From positions 124,001 to 188,000 of the forward strand of contig JAQGDQ010000425.1 in NCBI GenBank assembly GCA_030141605.1: DNA of 64,000 nt, in the 5' to 3' direction. Below are positions 1 to 15,200 of the stretch, piece after piece (position 1 is the stretch's first letter; each line of letters begins with the position of its first letter). Source of the stretch: Tubiluchus corallicola. Taxonomy: Eukaryota; Animalia; Priapulida. The notes below the pieces were generated by a model. That model did no database searches. It worked only from the letters and a program-made list of their open reading frames with translations, and was not told where the DNA came from. The position numbers were made by a program, and so were the translations under genes.

Positions 1-402
1 CTAAGACAACGAAATAAGTTTATTAATGAGTTTAATGTTATCCAACTTATTACACTGAAAGGTAAAATGCCTGAAACAACAAAGTTGTATCCTATAAACA
101 TAAAAATTCTCTTTCACTAGAAAATATTCAGACTTTAGTAATAATGACAAATTTATAAACATACCCAAAACTGTACTTATACGTAATAATTATCTGACAC
201 CGCAAAAATTTTAATTTTTGTCTTACAGCATAGTTATAAAACTAAAAGAAAGATGGCAGCTACTTATAAAATACTGACAAGGCTGGCCAAAACTGGAGGT
301 GCTTGTCTGCAGCAAAGAACAACACTGCAGGACAGTGCCTGGCAACCAGTACTTGTTAAAACTCTTTGAAAGATTCTTTCAATTTAAAACTATGAAACTC
401 AC

Positions 403-586
403 TTTTGTTTCTCTGCCTTGTGCTTGAGAAACGTATTTTTGACTAGCTTGTCCAGGCCTCGCGCGTACTCCATCTCCACCTCCGCTCTCCGCCGGAAAAA
501 ATCCTGGATCTCTGTCACCATGGAAGTGAGCTGCTCCACCCGGATGTCCAAACATTTCAACTGTTCAGTCAACTGCAGGCGAATGT
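403..586 (-). CDS. SRGAP: srGAP (SLIT-ROBO Rho GTPase-activating protein) coding exon 2, start of the F-BAR/FCH domain; gene continues beyond the left edge
   Basis: On the minus strand: ttttattacag acceptor, 184 nt, gtgagt donor. Translates (D)IRLQLTEQLKCLDIRVEQLTSMVTEIQDFFRRRAEVEMEYARGLDKLVKNTFLKHKAEKQK, matching srGAP EIRAQL.EQ.KCL...LQDFFRKKAEIE.EYSR.LEKL. Entry phase 1, exit phase 2. Confidence 0.93.
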
Positions 587-2614
587 CTGTAATAAAATTG
601 ACAAATTAAAAAATAAGGTTTTTTTACTAATAGGACAATAGATGGCAGCACGACTGCAGTCATAAGGTTCAAATACTAGTTACGCGACAACTTTTTCAGC
701 ATCTCTTTCTTCAATTAATTGAGTGCTACGCCGATTAATGAGTGTGTTCGTGTGTGGAAAAACATTATACAGTTTGACTACATAAACATCATTTTCCATT
801 GTAATTCTTTAGTGCGTCTGCCTCTCAAGCGCTCAAACTAGTCATCAAGAACCCTGAACCCAGTACATCAAAGCGTGACCCGCACGCAGCAAAACAATAA
901 CATTTTATTAATGGGCGACGCGTGCCACATAGTAATAGCCTGTAATGACTACGAACCGCCATAATACAGCTTCGCAATAATGCCTTTAATGTGGAAACAC
1001 GCTAGATTTGAATTATTTGGTTATTTAACAGGACTGGGCACAAATAGGCCTGCAGGCAGTGGCTGGATGTTAGCCAACTGAAATAACAGCCTGAATGAAT
1101 GTGGGCCTTTATAATTACTGCAGAATGGTGAAGGAAGGAAAATATACTCAGTGGTTTTTTGCTAGAGGTATCAAGCTGGTGCCCTGCAGTGTTGACCTAA
1201 TTTAATAAAGGTTTATTTTAAGCACATATGTAGGGCTTACCAACAGGGGGATGTAAAATAATATCTATTTTACATAAAAATTACCCACAACACCATCGAC
1301 ATACTTAGTAAACGCATACTACAGGCTCAGCCAAGAATGTCATATTTTGATCAATCGTACACCCACTAAACTGACTACAGTCTTGTAGAACTAAGTGAAT
1401 AAGGTGGCAGTTAAGCAGTGTTAGGCATATTGGGTAGTTGGATAAGCAACACTTCCGTTAGTAGTGCGACTGTAGGGCTAAAACGAAAAAAAAAGAGAGA
1501 AAATACACTTCTTTCTAAATAGTGTACCTCTTTTTCATCACAAATCAGTAGCCTGTAACTTATTCACACTGAGAGGGAACATTCGAAGAGGTTAGCCAGA
1601 AGGTTTCAGTTTATTAAATGTAAATGCATACCAAGTATGTGAAAATGTGCGAATACAGTTTCAAGTTTTATTAGTTTTTCTTGCGATTCTTCCAAATTAT
1701 TTTGAGTAGTAGCTCAAATTAACAGTAACATTACCTCCACCCCCCACCCCCCGCCCCGAATGTGACTGCACACTAGTAACACTTGCATTCCAAATTTAAA
1801 AGACAGTTTTTCAAATTTGAACCATTGTCAATTCCGGGTTTACAATAATGCAGCCTAATACGGTATTATAACTGCTCACTGTAACATGCTCTACATTGTA
1901 AATCCTCTCTATTATTTTAGTAGGTAATACTTAATCTGGTTATAGGTACGTCTCTTCAATTATTTGGTTAATTTTCAACAGAATTCTGATCTGGCTTCTA
2001 CAAGCACTGTGGGAACTTCAGCGCGTACCAATCCCTTATCTATGGTGGTCAGACCACAGATAAATGCGTTTCATGTGGTAAACATAAACACAGTTTATAT
2101 CTTACCTCCCCTGGGGGAGGACAAATTGGCCTTCCCTAAACTATATCTACCACGTGGATTAGTGTAGAATGTGTGTGAAATTGCACGTGTAATAGGTTTT
2201 GGCGGGTTAAGTCTGTGTAAAGATGGCCGATAAGAAGATCCAATAGCTCAATGAAGCACATAAAGTTTCAGGTAATAAAATAAATGGGGCATATGACCAA
2301 GTAGTGAAACGTACAACCTAGTGTAAGTGTACACCCACAAGGTACACCTGGTAATAAACTGTTATGGTATTAATAAACTATTATAGTATTTTAATACGGT
2401 AATGAAATTAAAAGTTAATGCTATAAGTGGAATAAAAGGTTCAAATTTTTTTGGACATTTACGAATTTCACTCAGAAAAAATCTCTTTTTGTAGTCTCCA
2501 CTTTTACTGCTGTGCACGCTTATAATTTTAGTAATAACATTATATGATAATAGTAATTTAGCTTTAAGCAGCATGACTTCTGTAAGTAAAACAATACATA
2601 CATAAAAATTATAT

Positions 2615-2700
2615 GCGCGTGTGTGCGTGTGTGTGTGCGTGTGTGCGTGTGTATGTGTATGCGCACGCGTGCGTGCATGCGTGCGTGCGTGTGTGTGTGT
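2615..2700. repeat. (GT)n/(GCGT)n compound microsatellite
   Basis: Direct reading of the sequence. Confidence 0.9.
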
Positions 2701-4671
2701 ATATACATAAGAACGACGCAGCAGAAAAACACAAAAAATAATTTAAAGTAAGTTTGTTACCATTAATAAAACGTAACTAGTGCTTGCTAATAAACTACGT
2801 GTTAATATTTCAATTTTAAATAACTAAAGGTCAAATTGGAAAATATGGACTTAAACCACAAATCTTCAGTTACAGTACAGGACAGTTAGTGAATGTATTG
2901 TAAATTTATAAATTAACTTAGCAAATGTGATACAATTTTATAACATTCTACCTGCAGTGGCTTGAATGAACCGTCTGTTGGAATTGGAGATCTGACGCTG
3001 GTACGGCAGAGTGTCAGTTGAACCACTAAAATAATTCACTTGTCCACACAGTAAACTCATTATCTTTGAGCTCAATTTAAATGTTTTTCACAAAAGATCG
3101 TTCGAGTTTATGGTCTATTTACATCCTTTGGAATCACAGTCTTGTAATTATTGTGCAAGTCTATGAAGAACACATCAAAGAAACTATCATTCTCGTCCAA
3201 TCACAGACTACGAAATTTAGAAATAACCAATCACAACAGAGCGATGTGGAAAACTGTAAGTACCCTCAGCCACATGCTTGAAACAACTGCAGAACCCAGA
3301 AGACAGTTGTCTACAAAAGTTTCGACTAACTAATTAAAAAATTACCATAATTTATTAAAAAGGATTAATAATCAAAACAACCAATTTAACGTCAACAAGT
3401 AACTGCAAGCACCCGTTCCACAATCCACAAGACTTAGTTAGAAATGATACAGTCAAAAACTGTTAAAACTTATAGATCAACAAAACAGCCATCAAACGGT
3501 TAAATAAGCAAATAGGCAGTCAAACTCTTTCTAGGTAAACATAAAAGGGGCTTACCTAAACATTGATTATATAAACAGATACTAATTTAAATTAAGGGCG
3601 GTCTAAGGTTGATGGAAAATTGAACTGAAAAGTTTAAATTCGGAAAAAGGCCCATCAAAGGTCCAAACATATCATATGTACAACTTTGCCTTAAGTAAGG
3701 GGTCAAGAACAAAATAATAAGGTCAGGTCAAACTAAAACAACAAAGGGGCATAAATTACACAGTAGGTGAAAATTGATTACTGCAAAGCGTTAGTATCTT
3801 GAGGAAATCTTTCATTAATTAATTAGTTAATTTTTGCCACTCAAACCACGTCAATATCAGTACAACCAAACATGAGCCAAACATTTTCGACAAAATCAGC
3901 CAAATATAGCCGAAAGACATGTTACTCTTCTTGCATTCAAAAATATGGCGAGAATTGATTTAAGCGCCTAAATGCAGTTACTTATTGACCAGTCTATTCG
4001 GGTTGGTTCCAGCAAAGTATTTTAAAAACTTTAAAAGAAAAAATCTCTAAAGTCCCTCACTGCGTCTCGGTAAAATAGCATTCAACTGCTAATTAAACCA
4101 AATTAACAGTAATCAATACAACTGAGACGAGCAAGTGTGTCTTTAGTTAGTTCAAATTTGTTCGTCTCAGTACTTACACAGCTGCTATATTTGTACCGCC
4201 ACGCTAGCTCAGTGTAAGTGTTTGTGGTGTGTTAGGAAACTGTTCACAAAGCTGGCAACCTTTCAGCAATGGCCTTAATTTTCCAAACAAGTTTTTTTCT
4301 AATCGATCTTGCAGACCTCGTGAATTTTGTTTAGTAGAACTGTGTAAAAAATTTATAGACTGATTAACAGACTTCATGAAAAAAGTTTAACAAAAATATG
4401 AGTTTTGTTTCAAAAGAAAATCCACAAACTACATAACATTATAGCCTGGTTGTAGAGCTAGGTGGGGACGTGGGCATGTAAATGTTTAAATCATTTCTTG
4501 TTATAAAAAACAATCAAACTAGAATATTTGACTAAATATGTGAAAATAACTGTTTCGCTTATTCGTTCAAATCATTTAGATCTAATTTAAATTCGATCCA
4601 TTCTGCATGCTGCATTCAATGAGACAATCATGAGATTGGGGCACACTGAAATTGCCTTCACAGCAAATTGT

Positions 4672-4891
4672 ATCAGTGAGAAAAGTTTGAATGGGGATAA
4701 ATGTAAATGGTCACCACTAGATGGGGTTGAATAAGACTATGAAAAGACAGAAGCGAAATTATGATGATGGGAAGTTATGCAAAGAGGTTGTAATCATAAT
4801 CCCATCATAATCATCTCAATCTGCTCATAGATTCAGCCCCATCTAGTGGTGACTATTTCAATTTACCCTCACTCAAACCTTTTTCACTGAT
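4672..4891. mobile_element. ~220 bp foldback/MITE-like palindrome
   Basis: atcagtgagaaaagtttga pairs with tcaaacctttttcactgat; gtcaccactagatggggttgaat pairs with attcagccccatctagtggtgac; atgatggga pairs with tcccatcat. Confidence 0.75.
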
Positions 4892-6135
4892 TGGTTAATG
4901 TGGATTCCATTAAATAGTCATCAGCAGTCTCTGCTGTACAAGCGATTTTCAAACAGCCTCGTTCTGTCACTGGTGTTTATTGTAAGACGCTTTAAAATTG
5001 AATCCTCGATTTAATAATTAGACTTACTTGATTTTTACGAATCATTAAATCATTCTATAATTTACTTGTTTTTCTCGTTATTCATTAAATACAAACTAAA
5101 TGAAATTTGAAATTAGCATTCAAATATAATTAAACTTTCGAGAATATCTGATGTACGTTATTCAACCATACTCCATGCAAATTAGTAGGTCAATCGGTAC
5201 CAAAGCTCATTAGTTTATGACGTATTTAACTAGGCAATTAGGTCCAGGTTATTAGGATGACCCGAGGACAAAGTTAACACACCTGTACTTAGAAAAACAT
5301 CAAAGAACGGCCGACAAAAACAAAACTTTTGCATGAGGTAAATTAACAATACATAATTGTACTAATTAATTAGCGTGTAAATATTTTCGTTCATTCGACA
5401 ATTAGCTACACTAAATATTTTACCATCACCAATGAATGCTAAACATCATCCAGGTATATGTTAGAAAATTTAAAGCAGAGATATCGCTCATTATTGCAAT
5501 AAATGTAAAACAGATGGCGCCACAATAGAAACGATTTCGAGTCGCATCAATTCATCTCTTCAAAATATCATCTGAAGTCATCGGAAAGTGAAGCTAATTA
5601 AGTCAATCAAAGTACAGACTACAACATCATAAACATTTACTCAGCTAATAAAATTCAAACGAGATCCGAATAAAGTCATACATGTTCAAACAACCGTCGT
5701 CACCCTCCCTTCAGGCAAAGTGAAACTACAGCTCGATCACAGTGCATGGAAGTAGCTTAGAAGGAACACAAATTGAATTTATCACATTTGACTACCGAAT
5801 GCTAAAATAACATTATGTCAAAGGTCTTGAACGCTTCTACCGTTTTTGCCACAGGAAAAGCAAGTGTCCCAAGTCTGTCACAACCCGTGACGTCACAGTA
5901 CAGCGCTGAACTGCTTTCGTTTTTAAGAGGCGAAATTCAATAGATTTATGGCACAGCACAAGCACACAGCTGCCGTTTGACTAAAGCAAGAAAACCATGC
6001 ATAGTTCCGATAGCCGCTTGTGGGCTTATAAACCACATAAATCGCTCTAAGCTTTTAACCCTTTCAACTCTCTTGAAAATGACGTCACACCACAACATGA
6101 GGGTTTTGTATAATAACACAGGCTAAAGTTTTCAG

Positions 6136-6288
6136 TTCCCCACACACAAGAAATTAGTTCGTGAAGCGGATTTCGGTTAGGGGTAAGGGTAGGGATAAGG
6201 TTAGGGTTAGGGGTAAGGGTAGCGATGTTAGGGTTAGGGTTAGGGGTATGGGTAGGGATAAGGTTAGGGTATTTCAAGTGTGTGGGAA
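6136..6288. repeat. Degenerate (TTAGGG)n-like array bracketed by short inverted repeats (non-autonomous element, Helentron/HINE-like layout)
   Basis: Array at ~6175-6270, flanked by ttccccacacacaagaaat and atttcaagtgtgtgggaa. Confidence 0.6.
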
Positions 6289-7210
6289 TTGTGAACTTCT
6301 TCAATAACACAAATTAATTATTAAATGACAATCATAGTAAAAATGAGTTAAACGGATTTCATAAGTAAACACCACAAGCCTCGCAAAATTTCACTCGATC
6401 TTCTTCGAGTTTCAGTAGTTAATTGCAAAGCAGCACAATACAATTACAGAGCTGGACAATGCCATCTTACCCACTTCGCTCTACTGAATGTTTTAATGCG
6501 CTTAACCATGGATAACAATGCGTAAATATACCAAATAAGTAACCCCTCTGCACACTAATCATAGAAAATATTTTCAGTAAACTTGTTTTCGGGGTGTTGT
6601 CAAAAATCAAAAACCTTTATGAAAAACATAAAGATTTGCAATGCTGCCGGCACGCTGAATTAATACTTATCGACTGCGTCGCGGCTATTTTAAGCTGAGA
6701 TCTGAGTTTCTGTCACACTGAGTTCTGCAGCTAATCTATAACACTCTAGCAAGCAGAAATGTCAGACGGGAAGAGAGCTTCAGGGCTTAAAGGACTTCAG
6801 GGAGTCTACAGCGAAGAACCTTCACACAGTTCGACGTGATAATGCCAGCGTCCTTCAAGGTTGAAGCCAAAGGCCGTTTGCATAGGAAGAAGAACATTTC
6901 TGTCACGTTAGCAGTGGCTTTGTAGACGTCTCATGGTAGTCATACCCAATAAAGTAACTATTAATTAGTTTTAAACAAAGAGTGTGTTAGGTTTTATTCT
7001 ACCATTAAGCGCGATTGTTTAAATGAAGTGCCAACTAGTGGCAGTAATTGTTATTATAATAGTGAATAAAACCACGTCATTCGACTTCACACAAACAATG
7101 GAGATAACATTAGCAGTAACGTTCACTTTGACAAAAACAGCAACAGCAACGGTAACTAGGTTTGATCAGAGACGGTTTTCACGGAGGACACCACAGGCAC
7201 ATCACACAGC

Positions 7211-7560
7211 TGATGGTACAAACTCAGTATTAATCAAATTTTAGTACAAATCTTGAAAGACAAGAAATGTGAAAAAATTAATCAGGTTCAAAAAATCAGA
7301 CTCAGATTTAATGAAAAATATGAGAAATGAATCTAATTGGTTAGAGTCATTCCAGTGTGAGCGGTTGAAATGCCGAATTTGATTGTCCAACTATAAGGGA
7401 TAAACTTCGGACAGCTTTACTGGACTGCCTTGATCACTCTATTTTGATTACTCATTCATCTTGTAAGGACGTCCTGATTCAAATCCAGAAAGTATTTTGA
7501 ATACCAACTTCTTCACACTTTCTGTCTTTCAAAACTTAATTGTGGATTTGTATTGCCATT
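7211..7560. mobile_element. Palindromic repeat family, copy A (B-box-bearing arm)
   Basis: Left arm tgatggtacaaactca...ttgaaagacaagaaatgtgaa is the inverse of right arm ttcacactttctgtctttcaa...tgtggatttgtattgcca. Internal segment tgccgaatttgattgtccaactataagggataaact is shared with 26817-26852. Confidence 0.55.
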
Positions 7561-9184
7561 ATTAATAATAATACTGACATTAAGAATAAATTAGTCATAT
7601 CAAGTGCTTGCCGATAATTACAATATGCAAAGCTTTCTATAAATCACAAAAGATCATTTACACTGGCACTCTGATGTAGACAGTAATTTATTTTTAATTT
7701 TACAGTAATGTGGCACTTTACCGTATATGTCGAAATAAAAGTGAAGTGAACTGAACTGGCACCCAGGGACAATAAGAAATTTGAAGAAGTAAACGCAATA
7801 TTGCACAGGACAACTTACTAGTGTATATCACCTTGTTATCCATTGTCTACAATGTGGTCTGTGAATAACTTGCCTTCTTTTCAACCTTTGGTTAAGCTGA
7901 CATTCCTTTTAACTTAACAGTTTGGAGAAGCATTGTTGGTGCAGAAATGATGGTGAAGATTATAACTTCCGGCCACCAACAACAATGGACAAAGAGCATT
8001 GTGGCAAAACCGCCGACAGTACAACGCTCTATTGATACCTGACACGTTAGTGGAAAGGCATATACATTAGCACACCGTTAAGCACGATACCCACAAGTTT
8101 GCTTTTACGTTTAAGGTTTATACGTATTACAAAATAACGCACTATAACACAGCCTGTACTGGTGCTCTATTATGATACTAACGAACGCTAAATGTTCTAA
8201 ACAAACTTGAGGTAATTCAAAATAAAGGAAAGTAAATATTTATATGGAGAAAAGTGGCAGGTAAAATAACAGAAACGCAATTGAGAGGAGTTTACTCTAA
8301 TAGCTACATAAACTTCCTCGTTTTGGCAACGTACATCGGAGGAAAAAATAGTTTTTATTAGTACGATATGATAATGAATGCATTCACTACATGTACCTAG
8401 GATAAAAAAACAAAACGGTGTGAATAGTTAAAGTGTGGTAATACAGACCAAAAAAACACAATTCTTATGAAGTAAATGCTCAGTGATGGGATGTGAGGGT
8501 ATTTCTTAAAACAGGTGAGGTTGTAGTTAACAGAGAAACAACTTTCTGGCAAAGAAACGCAAAGGTAAGAAGCCCGATGAAAATGTGGCTAGAAATGACC
8601 AATGATCAATTATGAGAGACAACAGCAAAGCAACTGCTGTTGTCATTTAGAAATCAAAAATATTTTTATTGAAGTTTAAAGCACAAGAAAATCCTTTAAT
8701 TACTTCCATAAAAACTTAAAAATTCGTCTTGAAATTTTGTATCACCTACATGCTGTCTCATTGCGCACAGAGCTTGTGTTAGCAGTAACGCTGTATAAAA
8801 CATGAAAATTTAAACTCCCCGGATGACTGTCAGGCGCAGCTATTTTGACGGTAAGTCGTTTGAAACAAGTCTAGATAACCCAGAGTAAAGCTTGAAATAT
8901 AATCAGAGTATTTGTAGCTCATATTTCACTAACTAAGTAAGTATAAAATGTTTTTATATTGCGCGACTTTAGCAAAAAAAAAACGAAACAAATCCAACTG
9001 TAAAAAGCAAGATACTTGAAAAAGCTTAGCAACAACGTTTTATTGCTGCCACCATCATCACTGTCGTCGTTGTCACGTCATTCTCAAAAACTACTGGTCC
9101 ACTCACATTGCTGCTAAGTGTACTGCTATCACCAGCACCATAAAACACTGGCTATACTAATATCCTTAAAAAAAGACTACTTAC

Positions 9185-9206
9185 CCAAACTGTGTTCACC
9201 AAACAT
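9185..9206 (-). CDS. Candidate alternative srGAP first coding micro-exon (MFGEHSL-D)
   Basis: ATG TTT GGT GAA CAC AGT TTG G|gtaagt is a perfect donor in phase 1, compatible with exon 2. Could be chance. Confidence 0.3.
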
Positions 9207-12200
9207 TATTCCCTGAATTCATGTAATTCATAATATAAAAAAATTGGAGGAAGAAACTCAATCAACACGTTGAAAACTGCAGACACTTTTTAAACGAAAC
9301 AGAAACATTCTTAGCCTTAACTGGCGGTTTTCGACTGACTGATGTGCATTTTGCTAATGGGAGTCAAGTGAATTGGGGAAGACAGAGCATCCATTATGTT
9401 TTTGCTTCCACAAAAAGCTTTCAACTTTTCTGGAAAAAACTCCCGCACAACCCCTTAATTTCTCCCAAACAGCTCACTTTCTTAAAAGAACTGCCAAACC
9501 GGTATAAATAATTGATAAATGTATATATGAATAATGTTAGCCACCTGAAAATCTCTCTTATTGTCATGATTAAGTTTTTAACACAAAGTTTAAAATTGTG
9601 TTTTTCTTTACTAGAGTTGCCATAATAATGGATCCGCCTCCTCAGCCAATTCAACTCAAATGCCTTATATGGTAGCTAGGAGAAACAAAAATATTTTGTA
9701 ACAAACGCCGGTATTGTTTAGTAAACACAAACAAGCATTATAAACAAAGTAGCAGCTCTAATGTAAATCCCAACACGCTGGGTCAATCAACTCCTTTGCT
9801 AACAAAACAAAGATAAAGGAAAGACAGACTGCACTGTCCCAAACTGGTCCATTAGGCGCTAAGATCTCCGTTTGACTTTAATGCAATAAAATCAACTGAT
9901 GACGAACGCAAATTCTCCTAAGTGACAAATTGAAAAACGAGCAATGAAAATCATTGCAGTTGATAAACCCTAACTGACAGCGCCACCTGCTGCCGGGAAG
10001 GCGAAGTAATTGAATTTGTGGAAAGGATTGCCGAGTCAACTAGTTGTGCAGCTTGATTTACTGCCAAAATGAAAGTTCTGTAGAGGCTTCCTAATAAAGG
10101 AAATAGGGAAAAATCCTAAGATACTTAAAAGGTACAGAGAAGTTTGTCTGATACGAGAATACTGCTAGAACAGTTGTCAAAAATTGTATGTGCTATGTGA
10201 CAGTAGAAATTCGTAGTAGCTCTAATTTCTACGCCCATTAAATAGCAAAGAATGACATTTTACCTCAAACAGATTACAGAGATGAATAAAACTTATCCGA
10301 ATTTAATTTTAAAAAATTCCTTATTGGGAACCGAACCCAAACAGTTTGTTTACTAAGGTGAAGCTAAGAGCTGTTTCTGTTATAAGGAGGACAATACACG
10401 CACAGCTGTTTCTCATGCTAACAAAATCATGGCACAATTTACTGTTGTATGTGTAATGCTGACACACTCAGTCCTGCATGAACGTCGTCATATGTACACT
10501 AATGATAAAAACCACCCCCCAGCAGCAGGTAAATTAAAAAATGAAAAAGAGGTAGCAGTCTAGTAGATACTAGAAAGGAAAGTATAAAATATTGATAACA
10601 TGTTCCTCGTGTTATTGTGCATGTGCCCCACAATGCTAAATTATGCAAGGCTGTATAAATATCTTGCCTATAATAGACTATAGCACACCTTACATTTAAA
10701 CAGTTGAGCAAATCATGTGGGTACATTTCTAATAAATATGTGCAATAAAATAAATAAGCATGCCAAGTAATTTCAGCAATTTCACACACTGGCAAATGAA
10801 TTGTTCATTATCGAGTATAACTTCCGCCCAACGCATTTCACCGGATGAACGCTCATTCCCTTATAATAGTGCACTTACTCCCAGCAAGACTGAATTGTTA
10901 TGAGTCAACCCGGGCATAATCAACCAGTGCACATAATTTAATTAGAGGACGGTCCTAATGATAACATTGTACTGTACAGCATGCTAGAAGGTCAGACTTG
11001 ATGACAGACCTAGGCATTCAAGCGAGTCTAATTACGGTTCTTTTAAGCTCCTCAAGGTCAGTTCTTCATGTAAAACTTCAAGAATTGAACACGCCTTGTC
11101 TGACCCGTATGTTTGAAATCGATATTTAGTTGGAATAAAGCTTATCTTATCTTATTTTTCATCTTATAAGCCGTGATACGACCACCCGCGATACAGTCCA
11201 ACACAATTTGTTTATTATCACTCTTTACCAAATTGTCGCAGCCACTCGAAACTCAAAAAGCCCGGGAGTCAGCAGTTTATTGGTGCCAACTTTTTACGTA
11301 GTCATAACTCACAATCGTCCAAATATTAAACTTGTTATTATAACTAATGCAGCTTTTAACAAAGAAATCGAATTTTTTATATATATCTTTGCAAACAACA
11401 AAAATTTGAAAATGTTGCTAAACGTGTTTACAAACTAAAATTGCAAAATATTCCTTTAACTTTTAATTCAAGTGTGCAATCTCATACGACTTCTACCACT
11501 CCACACAACTCTTTCCTTTAACATCAGTATAACGCTCCAGTAATTTTCTGTAATACCACATCTGCTAATGAAGGAACATTCCCTGCTGGACACAGTGCAT
11601 TAAGACCCGTGCAACTGTCACAATCAGCTTTCAACTGCATTGGCATTTAGCCAAATACTTGAGGGACAACAATTAGTGTCCAGAAAGTGCAGATGGCTGA
11701 CAAGCTTCTTCCTGCTTTCAATTTAAAGCAAGTTTATTTATTACATTTATGAATATTTTTAGACAGCAAAACATGAGCAGTCTGCAGAAGCATTAGACGC
11801 CACAAAAGAGACAAGTTTGCTGATTTTTTTAGGAAGTACTGAGCAGTACTTATTTTGACGCGCTTATTTTGTTGATCATTTCAGAAGGAAAACGCGCACA
11901 GAACCTTACAACATGCCACCCCAAAAAGCAAATGCAACAAGTTTGCTCCAGTGGGACACACAAGATATAAAGTGAGCAATAAGAAAACAGACGTGAGACT
12001 GGGTTATAACAGAGGTCAAAAATAAACAAACAATCATTCTCCCAATTATGCAAACGAAAGCGAAGTTTTTAGTAGCACTGAGCCAGCCTGCATACGTTGC
12101 TGAATAATTGATTGAAATATTTCATGGGTCATTGATTATACAGTGTCAAAGTGATCAACTAGAGAATTATGGGAGCTCCAAAGGTCATTTACAGGTCACT

Positions 12201-15200
12201 CGAACATCATCACTGCCTGTAACTGAACATTCCAGAGAATTGGCGCTTAATTCATTAAAAAAACTGGCTTAAAATTGTCCAAAAAATAAATCATCTGAAC
12301 AATACCTACACAACATCTTTAAACTTTTCGTTACATTTTAAGTGTTTACAATGATATCATAGATCAGTGTGGCGACATCTACCGTTACAAAACGCAAAAT
12401 TAAATCACAATCGTTTTTCAAACCAGGACTTGTAGAACCGGGTAACATTTAAGACCCAAAAACATTGTTCATGGAATTTTAGCAGACAGCTGTAAAATGT
12501 GAACTACGTTAAACAGCGCATGCGTCAGCAAAACAGGCAGTTATAGCTGATATTACCCCGCAATGAATGACGCACAAACTGCTTACCCCTGTGATTATAC
12601 CCCCCATAGCAGCAACCAGGTCATTGTTGGGCGTAAATCGCAATAACAGTTATAATAATGAAAGTAGGACGGTTGTAAAGAGAGTTGCTAGGCTTACTAA
12701 CTGCATGTGATGCCTATAAAGCTTGCATGATCATCAGTGAACAACCATTGAACTTAGAGTAATTCTTGTTCCGGTAAAACATATTTTCAGACAGCACACA
12801 ACTGTCAGAATGAATAAGCTAAAATTTGTTAATTAAAAAATCCCACAAGAGTTGCAATTATTCAAATTCTGGTAATTGTAAAAGTTACCCCATGTGTTGC
12901 TTTAACGAAGCATTACTTATTTACTAATCAGAGCATTCAAAATAAAGAACATACTATTATGTAACGTGTTCAAATGTGATTTATCTCTTGTTTGCTCTTA
13001 TATTTCTAACTGCTTTAATCACTTTAATTTTTCCGTTAGTTTCTATAAGTTCGGTATGTTTAAGTCCTGGACTTTCATATTAATTATCAATACTCACACG
13101 ACATCCATTATATCTTGGAATTTTTGTAATCATCTGGTGTCTAGTGGCAGTAGTGACTAGGTTTTATCTGTGTAAATTTGTAATTTGACAGCTAGTAGGC
13201 TTGTTTCATAATATGTGTACATTAAATATACGTATGTATACATTTTATGATTTTGAGTGATGTATTTGATTGTATATTTCATTTATTTTGTTTCGTTGAT
13301 CATTTTATAAGGTCAATGAAATATAATGAAAAACACAAAAATGGATTTTGACTGAGCATGTTTGAAACGATTCTAAAAAAAGAAAATTTGTGCAAAAAAA
13401 CTCTTTGTTCCAAGTCTATGCTTCAAAACTCGAACTGCACTGTAATCTCTATACCTCTAATGCGGATATGAACAGTAAATTTGTCACAGACAAATTTGTG
13501 ACAACACGTCAGTGTTGCTTGGCGATTTCAAAAAAGGAAATGCAATTGCGACAAAGAAGTACAAGCTATGAATAACTAAGCAAATTATAAAAAACTAGTC
13601 AGGACAAAAAACAGTGATGGTTAACCTAGTGAATCCAGCAACAGGGAATTTAATTAAGCAGGATTGATTTGCAAAGTCTGGTCTGCTTTAATTTCAGCAA
13701 AAGCAAAACTCTACCGTTTGATTTTAAGTGAAAAGGTTTTTATTGTTGCTTAATTTGCTTTTTTACAATGATATTCTGCTTTGATTCTGACTAGCAATGT
13801 TTTATGACATTTTTTCATTTGCTTGAAATTTTAATTTCTTGATTTTCGTAAGTTTTGTAATGTGTTTAAACATTTTTTTGGTTAATTTTACGTTCTTTTT
13901 TGCAATTGTAATCTTAGTTTTCTTTTCATTAATTTTTGTATGTTTCAGTTAGTTCACTTTACATATAAGTCATGCAATATCTGTACGATTTTTGTGTATG
14001 TTTGTAAATTTCATGTTTGTGTACTTACATCATCAGTTACATGTATGTATTTAGTTTTCTTAATTTTAAATTCCTGAAGATACCAATCACAGGTCAATCA
14101 AGTTTATCCTGAATAAAAACTATTCTCATCTCATCTTACCATACAGTGCTCCAGTGATCTAAACACCGTATCAGAATTCAATTATGAAACCCACCGACAT
14201 TCCGTCCAAGAATAGGGTGTATATTTAAGTAAAGGAATAGTTTACAACTTCACGTCAAACGCTAGATAATCCAGAACAGAAAGCGAGACGCACACGTCCC
14301 TATGGCTAAATAAACACACAAAAACTAGATTGTGCCTGCTGGCTCGAACGTACCGCACATCGTCGCACAACCATTAAAATAGCAAGTTTGGGGTCTGGGT
14401 CTAGGACACTTTTAAACCCTAGCCTAGGCGCTCAATTACACGGGCTTTTTTGTAACGCACACTAGGACTCTACCTAATGTTGTGCAGAAAAAATCGTGGC
14501 TTATTCCTGTGTCAATCTGTAAAGTGGTAGATTAAGGAGTAGGAGTTTCATAACCTGTGACCTTCACTGTTGTCAGTCTGCCATATGGCAGAGAGGGCGC
14601 TGCGAAATCACAGAATGCCGACTATTTTTTTTTACAAATTTTGAAAGTTTAGATGCCATGTATGACAACTACTGTACCCAATTTTACGTCGGGTCTTAAA
14701 ACTTTAGGAGTAAAACCATTGACAAAAACAGAAGTAAGGGTAAATAAATAAGTTATAGCAGCCCTGGGTGAAAACATTTTGCTCGCACACTGCGCCCAAC
14801 AGGCAAACTGATGCCCAAATGATTTATTAATTTGAGACGTAATATCTCCACATTAGGAGGTTGAACTCGTCTCAAGTTTCACTGAAAACATGTACAACAT
14901 GTACATGCGCAACCTAGACCTGAAGCACATTAAGAATCTGTACAACTATAATCATAAATTCAAGCGAATCACATCATACAGACAGTCAAAATCCCACATA
15001 AGACCATAGCACATTGACTGCACCCCCATGTAACAAAACATTAAACTGCACGTTTGGTTGTTTACAAATCCAAAGACATTATGATAGCGAGATTAGAACT
15101 TTAAATCGACTTGAATTTCACGGCAAATATTCAAACTTTTAAACAAGTCCTCCGTAGAACAAAACGACATGCCGATCGACCAAGTGATACCGACACACTT

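Noticed and set aside
12581-12607. ATG GGG GGT ATA ATC ACA GGG|gtaagc as another srGAP first exon (similar cases near 14135 and 17450)
   Set aside because: The donors fall in phase 0, incompatible with the phase-1 acceptor of exon 2.
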